Source: Paraspadella gotoi (lineage: Eukaryota > Animalia > Chaetognatha). From it: a DNA stretch of 64,000 nt. The number at the start of each line of letters is the position of its first letter. The stretch's first letter is position 1. The notes under the pieces are model-generated. The model searched no databases. It saw nothing but the letters and a program-made list of their open reading frames with translations, and was not told the origin of the DNA. The stretch is from positions 12,059,620-12,123,619 of the forward strand of contig CM119271.1 of NCBI GenBank assembly GCA_051294375.1, given 5' to 3'. Below are positions 12,425 through 23,496 of this stretch, piece after piece. The position numbers and the translations under genes are program-made.

Positions 12425-14706
12425 CTACAGCCCTCCATAGACCGGAGTTGGCCCGTGAAGACCGCGAGACGACCCAGCGGGCGCGCCCCGATCCCGTTCG
12501 GGCGTTGACGGGCCCGAGTGGCTGCCGGAATGCCGCTGCTCGATCTCGTCAAAGTCTTCGTCGCGAAAGGAGGTGGCGGAGTTACTTCGGGCGCCGTTGA
12601 AGGCGGGTTGGGAGCACTCTTCGTCGCAGTCGGGATGCCTAGGGGGGGGGGAATACTTTCGCTATTATTAATTATTATTATCAAAAACTCCATAAGTTGA
12701 TCTGTCCCACTTATATTTAAATATATTGTGGCGGTATATTCACACCGCCTCACGTCCACCATCCGTCAGCCAAATCCATTGGCTCAGAGGGGGAACACAC
12801 CATCCCAGGCGTAGTGTTCCATCCACAGTCCTAATGACTTCCCTCTGCGTTGGCAAAGCGAGACCGTCCTAGGGTAACCGCGCCAGTGACTGGAGGCGTC
12901 ACTGAGGGTCGGAAGCCCCCAAAGCCAACAGTGAGATGCCCCATCCCAATGGGCATCACAGGCAACCCGGCTGTTGCCATAATATATAAATATAAACTAA
13001 AAATAAAAAATAAGCAAAATAGTTATGTTGGACATAAACTTTCATAAACTCTGTGAAATTGGATGCGATCAGATAAAGAAAGGCAATAGCCGTTTATGTT
13101 CAATTATTGAAAAACCAAAGAAAACGATTAAAAAAAAAAAGAAAAAGAAAAGAAAAACCCACCCGCAGGGTTCGATCCTGAGAAGATGTTGACTTTCCCC
13201 CGAACCGTAAATGTCGTCCTCGTCGTATTTGGCCTTGGCCGGATCGTAGACGTGTCTGGGTCCCGATTTGTGATGACGCCGAGTCTCGCCGTTTCCTCCC
13301 GTCGAGTCTGGCGAATCTCGCTTGTGGGCCGAGTAGCAGATGAAAGTGCCGATGAAAGCGATGATGGAGGCGATGCCGACGACGAGGCCGAGATTCTGCA
13401 TCGCCAAGACGCAATTCTCTCGGGCCCCATCGGGTTCCTTAAAAGGCCCCGGGCAGGACGTCGGCGTCTTGCTCCCCGCCGGACAGACGTGATTAGCCGG
13501 GCAATATTGCCGCGTCGACGGCGTGGGACAAAAGAAACCAGGCGGGCATTGGACGCACGACAAGGCGCCGAGGATGTCGATAAAGTAGCCCGGCGGACAG
13601 GTGGCGCAGAGAGAGGTGGAGTTTTCCGGCTTGAAAGTGCCCACGTGGCACGGTTCGCAATCGATGGAGCCGGCGAGGCGGGCCTGCTGGCCGGGAGGGC
13701 ACCCGGTGCAGGAGAGGCACCCACGTTGGGCGCAGTGAGATCCCACGGGGCATTGAGGGCAAACGGGTTGACCCTCGCGAGGCTGAAATCTGCCCGGGGT
13801 ACATAGGCTGCAAGTAAAAGAGCCTCGAATCGGAGCTTGATGTCCCGAAGGACAAAGGGAACAGTTAACAGCCCCGGTTTTGTTGGAGGCAGAGCCTGGA
13901 GGGCAGGCTGGACAAAATGTTGATCCGGTGGCATTGGCGAAAGAACCCGCGCGACAAGAAAGACAAGAGAACGAGCGCGTGGAGTTGGTGTACATTCCCA
14001 AAGGACATTGACGACAGGTTTGAGATCCATCAACCTCCGCGAAAGTTCCACGCGGACAATCATCGCATGTAGAGCAGCCCTTCCATTTAGCGAAGGTTCC
14101 TTTGCGGCAAGAAGGACAATACGACGCGCCCCATGTGTTCCCAGCCGTGCCGGGAAGGCACAGAGAACAATTCATTGATCCTATTCTATCGGCGAAGGTG
14201 CCGGGCGGGCAAGCGAGGCAGAGAGTCGAAGTGGTCGCGTTTTTGAAATGACCCTTAGTACAGGGAGTGCACATTGAAGATCCTTTGTAACGAGCTTCCA
14301 TTCCGGCAACGCAAGGCAAGCACTTGGCGGACCCGTTAGCAGCACTGAAAGTCCCTATGGGACAGGGATCGCAAGAGGCGGAGCGTTTTTCTTCGGCGTG
14401 CGTGCCCGCTGGGCAGAGTTCACAGATTTTGGATCCCGATCCGTCCGCGAAAGAACCGGGAGAGCACGAGAGGCAGTCGTTCTGTCCCGAAGAGGGCTGA
14501 AAACGGCCCGGGGGACAAGGAGTGCAGCGTCGGGAATTTTTGCACGCCCCGTGAGGGCAGTTCTCGCATCCGGACGAAGACGCGTCGGCGAAACGACCGG
14601 GCGGGCAGGGCACGCAGGTTTGCGCGTTGTTGACGAAGTGAATCGAGTGAAGAAAAAAAATCAAAGTCACGAAAAAGAAAAACGGAATTCGTCGAATCGG
14701 AAACAT
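12425..14706 (-). CDS. Type-I membrane protein with about 20 tandem 17-aa Cys repeats (GCC2/GCC3, ephrin-receptor-like), about 585 aa, 2 exons
   Basis: N-terminal hydrophobic signal peptide, repeats CxxGxF/Y-x8-Cxx, TM segment LGLVVGIASIIAFIGTFICY. Exon 13163-14706 spliced in phase 2 to 12425-12638 gives a cytoplasmic tail ending PVYGGL*. Confidence 0.8.
12727..12981. mobile_element. 255-bp TGTGGC...GCCATA element (solo-LTR/TRIM-like), full copy
   Basis: Flanked by 4-bp direct repeat ATAT; nearly identical to the copy at 44449-44703. Confidence 0.85.
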
Positions 14707-15080
14707 CGTAGAGGGAAAAAAAATCGATTTTGTTTGATAACTTTTTTTTAAATCATCTGGAATTTCAAATATGAAAATTCAACTTTCCACTTGGATACAG
14801 TTTTTTTTTTAAATTTGGCCAAAATGCAAAACCACTACTTAAAATCTGCATCGACGAGAGAAAAAGTAGTGATTTTATCAAGAAGAAATTCTTTTACTTT
14901 CCGTAAAGACAAGATTTTCCCTAAACACCGACAAATCGTGTGCATAAATATAATTAAAAAAAAATATCAAGAAAGAAAAAAGTCGCGCCAATTTACGAAA
15001 CTCCAAAACCAAAAAAAAAACGACCTCCAGAATCTCTGGCCATCTCTCCGCGACCGAGTCAAAATGTTCGAATGGCCTCT

Positions 15081-15931
15081 TCAAGAAGAAGTGAAGATCT
15101 TCTTGAGGTCTCCTTCCACCAACTCCGTGGCCAATGGATCGAGAAGCGGCTCCTCGTAGACGAGTTGAGGAAAGGCGTCCATCCCTCCCGTCGCCGCATT
15201 GAAGACGTGGGCCAACTTGTCCATCTCAGCATCGAGGCGCTCGAGGGTTTCCGTCGAGGCGTCCACTAAATCAGTTCCTGGATCAAAAGGATTACTTTAT
15301 TACTAATGAGAAAATAATGTAACTATTTAAACTATCTTGACTCCTGATTAGTGGTGAGAGGCCTCTTCCTTCTCTATAGATAACATCAAGGGAACGAAAA
15401 GTAAAGTATGGTGGACTAAAATCCACCAACCGTTCATTCGCCTCTCAACCCAAAGGTCCGGGGTTTTAGCCCGGTTCTGTCACTAACTCATAACACTTAT
15501 TACTGTCTCCATACAAAACATCACAGATCCGTTTATAGTTCTATTCTGTTGATGACCATAAAAAAGCCTAGACGCTTTTAATAGAGCCTCTCTACAAGAA
15601 TGACTAGTTCATTAACTCCCAGAGTTTTTCCCATCCTTATTTTGTGGTTTTACCGTTTGACGTATAATTATTACAAAGAGTAATCATAATACGATGATAA
15701 TGGGATGATTATTTTTTTAGTAAATTCAGTAGTCATATTCCTTCCCCAGCTCTTTGTCTCACCGGCTTCCTTGCTGGCCTTGGCGTAAGCCTTGATCTTC
15801 TGCACGAAGAGAGTCTGAATGGGATCGAGTTCCTTGAGGGCGACGGCGGAGGCGCCGAAGTTCCTCTGAACGGAGGAGCGCATCACCCCGCGGGAGCCGC
15901 TCAGCAGACGCGACATCAGATGGGGAAGCAT
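15081..15931 (-). CDS. ATP5PF: Mitochondrial ATP synthase coupling factor 6, 2 exons
   Basis: Basic presequence, then RNFGASAVALKELDPIQTLFVQKIKAY and LVDASTETLERLDAEMDKL...MDAFP. Exons approx. 15764-15931 and 15081-15277. Confidence 0.9.
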
Positions 15932-16132
15932 GGCGACAGTTTGAAACAGGACTGTCGAATTGTTAAAACTGCGTTGTGCAGAAAAAAAAAAAACAAAACA
16001 AAAAACGAAGGGCAGAATAAAATATATGAGGAAGAAAATACAAAATGGCGAACGAGAAAAAACAACATTGTAATGAGAGCGAAAGTGTAAACAAAACAAT
16101 GGGAGAAACGCCCCCCCCCACCCAATATAACA

Positions 16133-16708
16133 TCAATTAATAGCGAGTTCCTCTCGAATCTCTTGCTGCAAATTCGTCTGCAAGTCGCTGAGTTTCTTCT
16201 TCAAAACGCTGAGGCACGAATAGACGATGTTCTCCGGTTTGAGGGATCCGCAAGATTCGACGTTGAAGTAAAACTTTTTGGGTTTCCCTCCGAGTTGGAA
16301 ATCGGCCTGGACTCGTTCGTCGTCGTCCTTGAGCTCGGAGTGTTCGCTCTTGGGCCACTCCTCCGGCTTCGGGTAGGTGGTGTGGCGGAGGGCGTTGTCC
16401 GGATCGTACTCGAAGGCGACGCCGCAGGTAGGGTTCCACTTGGCGTGCTCTTTGCCGAAGCCTTTCTTGGCGAAGGCGCGGAGCTTGAGCTCTTGGTTCT
16501 TGCGGAGTTTGACGATGACGACGTTGTTGGTGTCGCTGTAGTCGCCCTCGTCGGCGTCGCGGTTGGAAGTGGCCGGCACCACCTGAGGATTGCTGCTGAT
16601 CAAATCCGCAGTGTCGACGTGCATCGTGTTCTTTCCTGTGCATTTGACGTCGAGCGTGAATTCGACGGCGCAGTCGGCGCAGAACTCTTCGCAGGTGCAA
16701 TCTCTGGG

Positions 16709-16805
<97 letters not shown>

Positions 16806-17143
16806 AAAAGAAAAGTGAGGCTTTAGGCCAGTGTTTTTTGTTTTCTTTTGGGAAGGGCGAGGAAATAGAGAGGAATCGAGAAGAACCTGTTGTATTGCAG
16901 CTTGTCGACGACCTCGTCCGAGGTGAGCGGGATGAGTCCGACTCTGTGGGCGATGAATTCGTCGGAGAGGACGGAGGAGTTGGCGTCGATCTGGACCCAA
17001 TCGATGGCCAGCGTGGGCACCTCCGCCATGCAGACTCGGCGAAGGGCGTTGGCCACGCTCATGTCAGTCGCCTCCAACTGGAACTTGATGTTTTCGGGCG
17101 AAACTTCCGTCACCGTCACGATGGGCTGATTGGCGTAGGGCAT
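16133..17143 (-). CDS. POLR2C: RNA polymerase II subunit RPB3, 2 exons
   Basis: MPYANQP..., [49 protein letters not shown]. Exons 16887-17143 and 16133-16703. Confidence 0.97.
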
Positions 17144-17532
17144 TCTCGTCGAGAGAAAGCAGAGATTCCCAAAAAATGTCAAAGCAACTGCAACGAGATA
17201 AAATTAAAAATAAAGGATATATATGCAGAAGCGAGGAAAGTTGTTTTTATTTCGACGCGAAAATGGGCATAACGAGAGAGAGAGGGTCGAACGAGGCCAA
17301 CGAGGGGAAACGTGTCTCTTTGTTTTAGAGGAAGAAAAAAAACAAAAGGTAAAATATTTCCTTTTTTTGAGTTATTCGACTAATGAATTGGCAGTTTTAA
17401 ATACAGAATACACTGAAAACAAGTATATATCTGGGAAATGTCAAAAACCATTTCTTATAGTTGTTCAAATCATCTAGTAACAATGTTATTAATAAAAACG
17501 GGCGAGAGTAAATGAAAATAAGAAATGTATAT

Positions 17533-17832
17533 TAAGGCGGACCAAAATTGATCACTTTTTATCATGAGGAGTTCTGTAATATAAAATTCATTTGTCCATC
17601 ATATACTAAATCAATATTTACTATCACTTTTTTAACTAGTGAAGCATAGTATAACATTGAAGCCTTTAAATATTTATTAATACATAAGCAATGAAAAAAA
17701 AAATTTAATAATTTTATTTTTTAAGAACGGATTCAGATAGACCATAAAAATTTAAAAAATTCGTTATCCCACAGGGATGCTCTAACGTTATTTATATTAC
17801 AGAACTCTTAGTTTTTACCTTGTTCCGCCTTA
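17533..17832. mobile_element. hAT-like MITE in the NUP93-POLR2C gap
   Basis: Termini TAAGGCGGA...TCCGCCTTA, 8-bp TSD ATGTATAT. Confidence 0.8.
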
Positions 17833-17891
17833 ATGTATATATGGCACTAGAATGTCATCAATAACGAATTCAACGAGTCAAATAATCCTCT

Positions 17892-20800
17892 TTAATTCAT
17901 GAGGACTTCGAGCTGCACCAACCGAGCGTTGGTGTCTCCGGGAAGTCGATAGGGCAACATCCCGGCGAAGGTGATCATCGCTTTGGCCCGAGTCCTGATT
18001 AAATTCAAGACGGCTTCTTTCCCTCCGTCCTCTCCGCCGCGTTTGCCCGCCGCAGCAGCGGCAGCCGCAGCAGCGCCGCCGCCCGATTTGATGCGCTTGT
18101 AATTTTGATGGAGGGAGATCATGACGGCGAGGAGAATGTCGGGCAGGTTGCGCCGCATCTCCTCCGTGAGGCTCTTGAAGGCGTTTACCTTCTCTTCCAC
18201 TTTCTCCGACGAGAAGGGAAGGATCTTGAGTTGCTGCACGACGTCGACGGCGGCTTCGAAGTGGGCCGCGTGATACTCGTGGAAGAAGGTGGCCACGTCG
18301 AGGAGCAGGTGGAAGGTGGAGGTGGTGGTCCGCGACCCGGCTTGACCCTTTCGCTTGTAACGAGACGCCACTCCGGTCGCCATGGTGACGAGACGGTCGC
18401 GGGTGGAACCCGGGGCGCCGGGTTGGGACACCACCCGGGAGAGGAGTTTGTTGTAGAGGGAGAGAACCTTCTCGAAGTCTCCCGCCAGATCGAAGAGTTG
18501 GACGGCGTCTTCCAACTGACCCCGATCCTCGGCCACCTCCGCCACCGAAGTCAGGATCTTTTGGACGTCGCCGCAAAATTTGTCAACGACGCCGCAGAAC
18601 TTGTCGACGACGCCGGGGCGCCGGACGCCATCGCCGGCGTCGATTCGGCCGAGGAGGAGATCGAACTCTCGAGTCTCCAGCGCGAGTTCGCTCAAGCAGG
18701 AGAGGAAGAGGTTGGAGCCTGAGAGAAGAAAAGAGGAGAGAAGAAAAGAGGAGAGAAGAAAAGAGGAGAGAAGAAAAGAAGAGAAGAGAAGAAAAGAAAA
18801 GAGGAGAGGATGGATGATGAGATCATTTTTCAATTATAAATTGAAATTAGAATTATAATCAATTGAATACCCATTGTCCCAAGTCAGGGACATTGGTTGT
18901 ATCAATAATTTGATTGAAAATTGTATTTCCCTTTGATCACATGATATGACATGACATGACTAAAAAACTTGTTTTGCCCATTTATTTATGACTTGTACTG
19001 ATTCAAAACTCTGTCTTTTATTCTTTATAGTTTTAGGAATTCCTGAAGGCGGCGCTTGCAGTCCCTTATATTTGAGGTTTTTTTTGGTCTTAACTAAAGA
19101 CAAATTATATGCATTTTCAACGGAAGTGGGACAGACTAACGGACAGACATACCGACCGAAAAGTGACTTATGTCAAACGTCAAACGTCAATTAAATCAAT
19201 CAAATTCCCCCACATCAATCGAATTCCTCCCCAATAAAACCTCACCCTGAAGAGTGTTCATGTCCTTCATGAAATAAAAATAATGCACCGCCTCCCGCGG
19301 ATCCGTCGCCTCGAACTTCTTCGTGTAAAGAGTCAAGAGTCTCGCGAGGTTAAGCCTCTTCATCGGCGCCGGATCCCCGGTGTCGGCAGAGAGGAGCGGC
19401 GCCTGGATCGGATCCACCGGCAGCGCCAAGAGGCCGAGGGCGTGGACGGCCAGAGCGAAGTGGACGGCGTGCGCGCGCAGCTGTCCGCCGGCGGCGCGGG
19501 AGAGAAAAGCCGAGGCGGCCTCGAACTGACCGGTCAGCAGCAGGACTTGAGCGTAGCGCAGCGGCTGCTGGGCTGCGTTGAAATGGGACTCGCCGTATTC
19601 CTCGGTGAGTTGGATCTGAATCTGACGGAGGGTCAACGCGTCGGGGGAAGAGGAAGAGTAGGGGGCGTCGCCGCTGGCGGAGGAAATGAGACTTAGACGG
19701 AGCCAGAGGTAATCGTCGATCGAAGTCGCCACCTGGAGGAGAGAACAAATTGGCACAAATGCCACCAAAAATGGTCAGAAAAATGGGCTAAAAGGGAAAG
19801 GGGATGGGGGTTCACTGACTGACTGACTGACCTCCGGATGATTGTCGACGAGATCGCATCCGCCGATGATGCAGTAGACGATTCGTTTGAAGGGATCGTG
19901 GCTGCTTCTCACGGATCTGAACGAAATATCACTAAACTAATTCTGACTCGTAAACAATATAGAAAAGCAAGGTAAAATCCCAAAATAGGTCAAATATTGA
20001 AACACAATATTAACCAATGGGACTTGGAAATATATTACTTTTACATGCAAATGAGATTGATGAATTTAATCAGGAATTCGATCAGGTCGACACACATAAC
20101 ATAAAAAAAAAACTAAGAGAAGCCCCTGACCTTCGATACGTCAGCATGAGTTTTGAAGCGGACGAGGGAGAGAGCTTGAGGAGAGAGTCTTCCGACGCCG
20201 AAGCCACGAATTCCTTCATGTAGAGAAGAAAATCTCCGAGGGCGGACGGAGCCGCGCCGGCCACCGTCAACGCCGCCCTCAAATCCCCGCAGCGGATGCA
20301 GTAGTAGATGAAGGGCCAGACGGGCTGACCCTCCACAGAGCCGTCCTCGAGACCAGGAGGGACGGCGCCGTTGGCGAATCGAACGTTGAGAAAAGCCTGA
20401 AGGTCGAATTTTGGAACACGAGGGATTTAAGGTTTAAAAAAAGACTATTTTAAGCGGAACAAATTAAAACTATATATGAAGGATGAAAAGTAATAAAACT
20501 AGACCCCGCCGAATTATAATTAATACATTCAAACAAATTCCACCCCCCCCTCCCTCTTCAAACCTTAACGAGCGGAACTGTCCCCGGGACGCCCCCTCTC
20601 TTCGCCTGCGGCAAATGCGCGTCGATCGTCACGTTCAAAAACTTTTTGAAATTCTCCTCCAGATGTCGCTTCCCGGCGCCGATGAGCGCCGCTTCGAAGG
20701 AGGCGTCGCAACGCGCCGTGATAACGTCGGCGGCGCCGACCGGAGGTCTCGCCTCTTTGACGCGACTCATGAGCGTCCAGAGTTCGACGAGGCCGTCGTC

Positions 20801-22356
20801 CTCGAAGGCCTCCTTGGCGGAGTCGACGAGAGTGTCGAGAAGGCAGGGCCGAACGCCGCCTTGAACGAGGGCGTCGTTGTAGGCGGCGACGCGGGTGGCG
20901 AAGAGAAGCTCGACGGCGTCGAGGGAAGACCCGGATCCGGGGAGACCGGCGCGGGAGGAGTCGAGGACGGAAGTCTCGGGTTCGAGATCGAGGAGGAGGA
21001 GAGCGTCGCCGGAACCAGCGTCGCCGAGGAGGGACTGGGTTTGGAAAGAGGGGGGGGAGGAATAAGGGTTGTTGATAATTGTTAAGTTATAATACTTGGG
21101 CTTTTCATCCCGCATCAAAATGAACAACAACAGGGTTAAATCCTCCTCCTTCAATTTATTTAAGGAATAAGAAGTTTGATGTTAGTTTGGAAGCCTATTC
21201 TCTGATTGGTCAATTAGAACAGACGGAGAAGCCTCTTCTCTGATTGGTCAATCAGAACATAAGACGTCTCCATCAAGCCTCTTCTCTGATTGGTCAATAA
21301 GAACATAAGACGGAGAAGGCAAGAAAGGCGAGCTAAGTCATAATCCATTCTCTGCGTTGTTAGTAAAATCAATATAAAAATTATCCATACATTCTCAATT
21401 GACAAGGTATCTCGCCTCCTGACTTTGACCATCCATCAAAGGAGCATAAACATAAGGAGCATAAACGCGACCCTGCGAGCTTTTAACTATGTAAGGTTCT
21501 GGACAATCAAACAAAGGAGCATGCTTCGTAGGAGAGACGATTGGGTTATCATTCCCATCTGGTTCCCCTCAATCTCCCTTCAAACCAACCTGAAGGATCT
21601 TCTGTTTCTCAACTTCCCAATCATTGAACATCGTCTCCCAGTGCAACTTGTCCACCGTAGCGAAGCTCTTCTTCTTCGTCTCCTCGATGACGGCGAGGAT
21701 GGCGTTCTCTCTCTCGTTCTTAGGAACCCGTGGATGTCGGTCTCGCCCACGGGCTCCAGCGGCTCCAACGTCCGCGTCGTCGTCCGCAGCGCCTCCAGAC
21801 GTTGAGCCGTCTTCGGGACGGAGACGCCCTTCGCGCCGAGGAGCATCGAGGCGCGGACGTCCGCCGAAGTCGTCTCGCCTAATATTTAACGAAAATTTAA
21901 CTATTATAAGGAAAAACAAGGTTGTTAAAACTTATGTACGTAAAAACAGTAATGTCTACTCAGTATTCATCGAAAAGATGAATATTCAATATTAAAAAAA
22001 TATTGACAATTGAAAACCTAATTGAGTGAAAGGGAAATATCATCCGAGTAGGGAGTGCTTGAGGAGCAACTTTGGATTTAAAAATTCAAAACTTCGATAA
22101 GCTTAACGTAATTTGTTATCTTTAAATCCAGAAGAAAGGTTTCTCTCTTACCCGACTTGGCGTCCGCGGCAGGGGCGGCGGCCTGGCCCGGCAGCTGCGT
22201 GGGCGGGGCGCCGCTGCCGACCGTGCGCGACCACAATCGCTGACCCTTTTCGACCAGCTGTGGAAAAGTGCATTCGACGCGCGGAAGCTCGGACGCCGAG
22301 TCCAAATCGGCGTTGAGCTGCTCCGCCTGCTGCAGCAAATCTCCGAACTCCATCAT
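17892..22356 (-). CDS. NUP93: Nucleoporin NUP93/Nic96, 7 exons; apparent 1-nt deletion near 21720
   Basis: MMEFGDLLQQAEQL, TLEPLEPVGETDIHGFL, WEVEKQKIL, SIDDYLWLRL, LLLTGQFEAA and C-terminal ITFAGMLPYRLPGDTNARLVQLEVLMN. All introns GT-AG. Confidence 0.95.
18930..19171. repeat. Dispersed repeat, Helentron/DINE-like end
   Basis: Colinear with 55190-55445 (CCCTTTGATC.CATATGAC...GTGGGACAGACATACCGACCGAAAAGTGA). Related hairpin-plus-GACA ends at about 24660-24755, 35875-35965, 56020-56105, 7545-7600 and 44860-45010. Superfamily assignment is inference. Confidence 0.55.
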
Positions 22357-22425
22357 CTGTTTTTTTTTTGTTTGTTTGTTTTTTTTTGTTAGGCTTATTT
22401 GTTAAGAAGAATAGGAATGTTCTAA

Positions 22426-22512
22426 CTGAAAAAAAAAAGTAATAATGTTTGATCGAAATAGTGAAAAATTTTGAAAATTCGTTGGAAGCGAAAAATTAAT
22501 AACATCTTTATT
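22426..22512 (-). promoter_or_regulatory. Candidate intercistronic module: poly(A) signal, U-rich tract, trans-splice acceptor
   Basis: AATAAA at 22507-22512, then T-rich sequence and TTTTTTTTTCAG at 22426, 70 nt before the NUP93 ATG; no convincing upstream donor in the gap. Confidence 0.55.
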
Positions 22513-22630
22513 TTAACAAAAATAGAAATTCCAAAGGATCGATTTTTTTTTTCAAGGAAGGAAAAGTGAAGCCCCCTTCCTTTCAAACCAAAACCCCGCC
22601 GCTCTCTCCCCTCCAAACTTCCTCTCCTTC

Positions 22631-23196
22631 TCAAACGATAAACTCGTAAGGAATTGGCTCGAACAGCGTTGGCTTGTTCTTCTTGGTCCTCACGATGTGA
22701 GCCGGTCGCGGCCCGACGGGCTTCCGTTTGAGATCCGGCACGGGCGTGCCTTTCTTCTTGCACTCGCGCCTCGTCGTGTCGTTGCGTTTGACGCGATCCA
22801 AGAAATCCTGACGGCAGCTCGAATGGCGCACGTGTTCCGTCCGGATGCAAATCTTTTTCTTCTCGATCCGGTTGCGTACGGGTTTAGTGACGACGACGCC
22901 CACCGAACGCGGCGTCACGTTGAAGACGCGACCCGTGCGACCGTGGTAGTACTTGTGGGGCATGCCTGGGCATCGTGGAGGCAAAATAAAACTACAGACC
23001 ACGAATAACGAAAAGAAATAATTGAGAAGTGACTGAGTGACTGACCCTTGTGCACAGAGCCGTCGCCTTTGATGTCGACGATGTCGCCGATCTTGTAGAC
23101 CTTAAGCAATGTGGCGACGGACGGCATGCCATTCTTGCGAAACGGACGTCTGAACATGTAGCGAGTGCCACGGCGGTATCCCTTGGAATTCGTCAT
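22631..23196 (-). CDS. RPL21: 60S ribosomal protein L21 (eL21), 2 exons
   Basis: [42 protein letters not shown]-terminal EPIPYEFIV. One intron of about 80 nt (22966-23045). Confidence 0.97.
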
Positions 23197-23496
23197 TTTT
23201 CACTCCAAACAAATTTCTTTACGATTAAAAAATATAAATGGTTTAAAACTTTTTGAGACCTGAAAACAAATAAATAAAAAGTAACAAATGTTAAACGGCA
23301 ATGTTAAATTCCAGCGTTCAAAAGAATCATTAAATTATCAATCACAATAATGACGTTAAATGCTGAATCAAAATAATTAAATAAGATTCTTTCTTACGCT
23401 CGATCAGCATCGCGAACCAAGATCAATAACAATCGTCTAACAATTTTTGCGATCCGCGGATTGGCCGAATCCCGTCGACCAATCGGGCGGCCTATT

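Noticed and set aside
16710-16801. (GA)n/(CT)n tracts in many introns as a paired splicing-structure system
   Set aside because: Tracts occur singly, mostly as polypyrimidine tracts; no intron shows complementary tracts at both ends.
17532-17833. TTAA flanks suggesting a Kolobok or piggyBac element
   Set aside because: An 8-bp TSD with TAAGGCG termini explains both this element and 11001-11611 better.
21195-21320. Intronic short tandem blocks (also 26414-26520, 18720-18800, 55700-55860)
   Set aside because: Ordinary local tandem duplications with no further structure.
21715-21725. Frameshift in NUP93 (programmed frameshift or pseudogene)
   Set aside because: Adding one base to TTCCTAAGAAC restores FLKNERENAIL. 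The gene is otherwise intact and essential, so an indel error is the simplest explanation.
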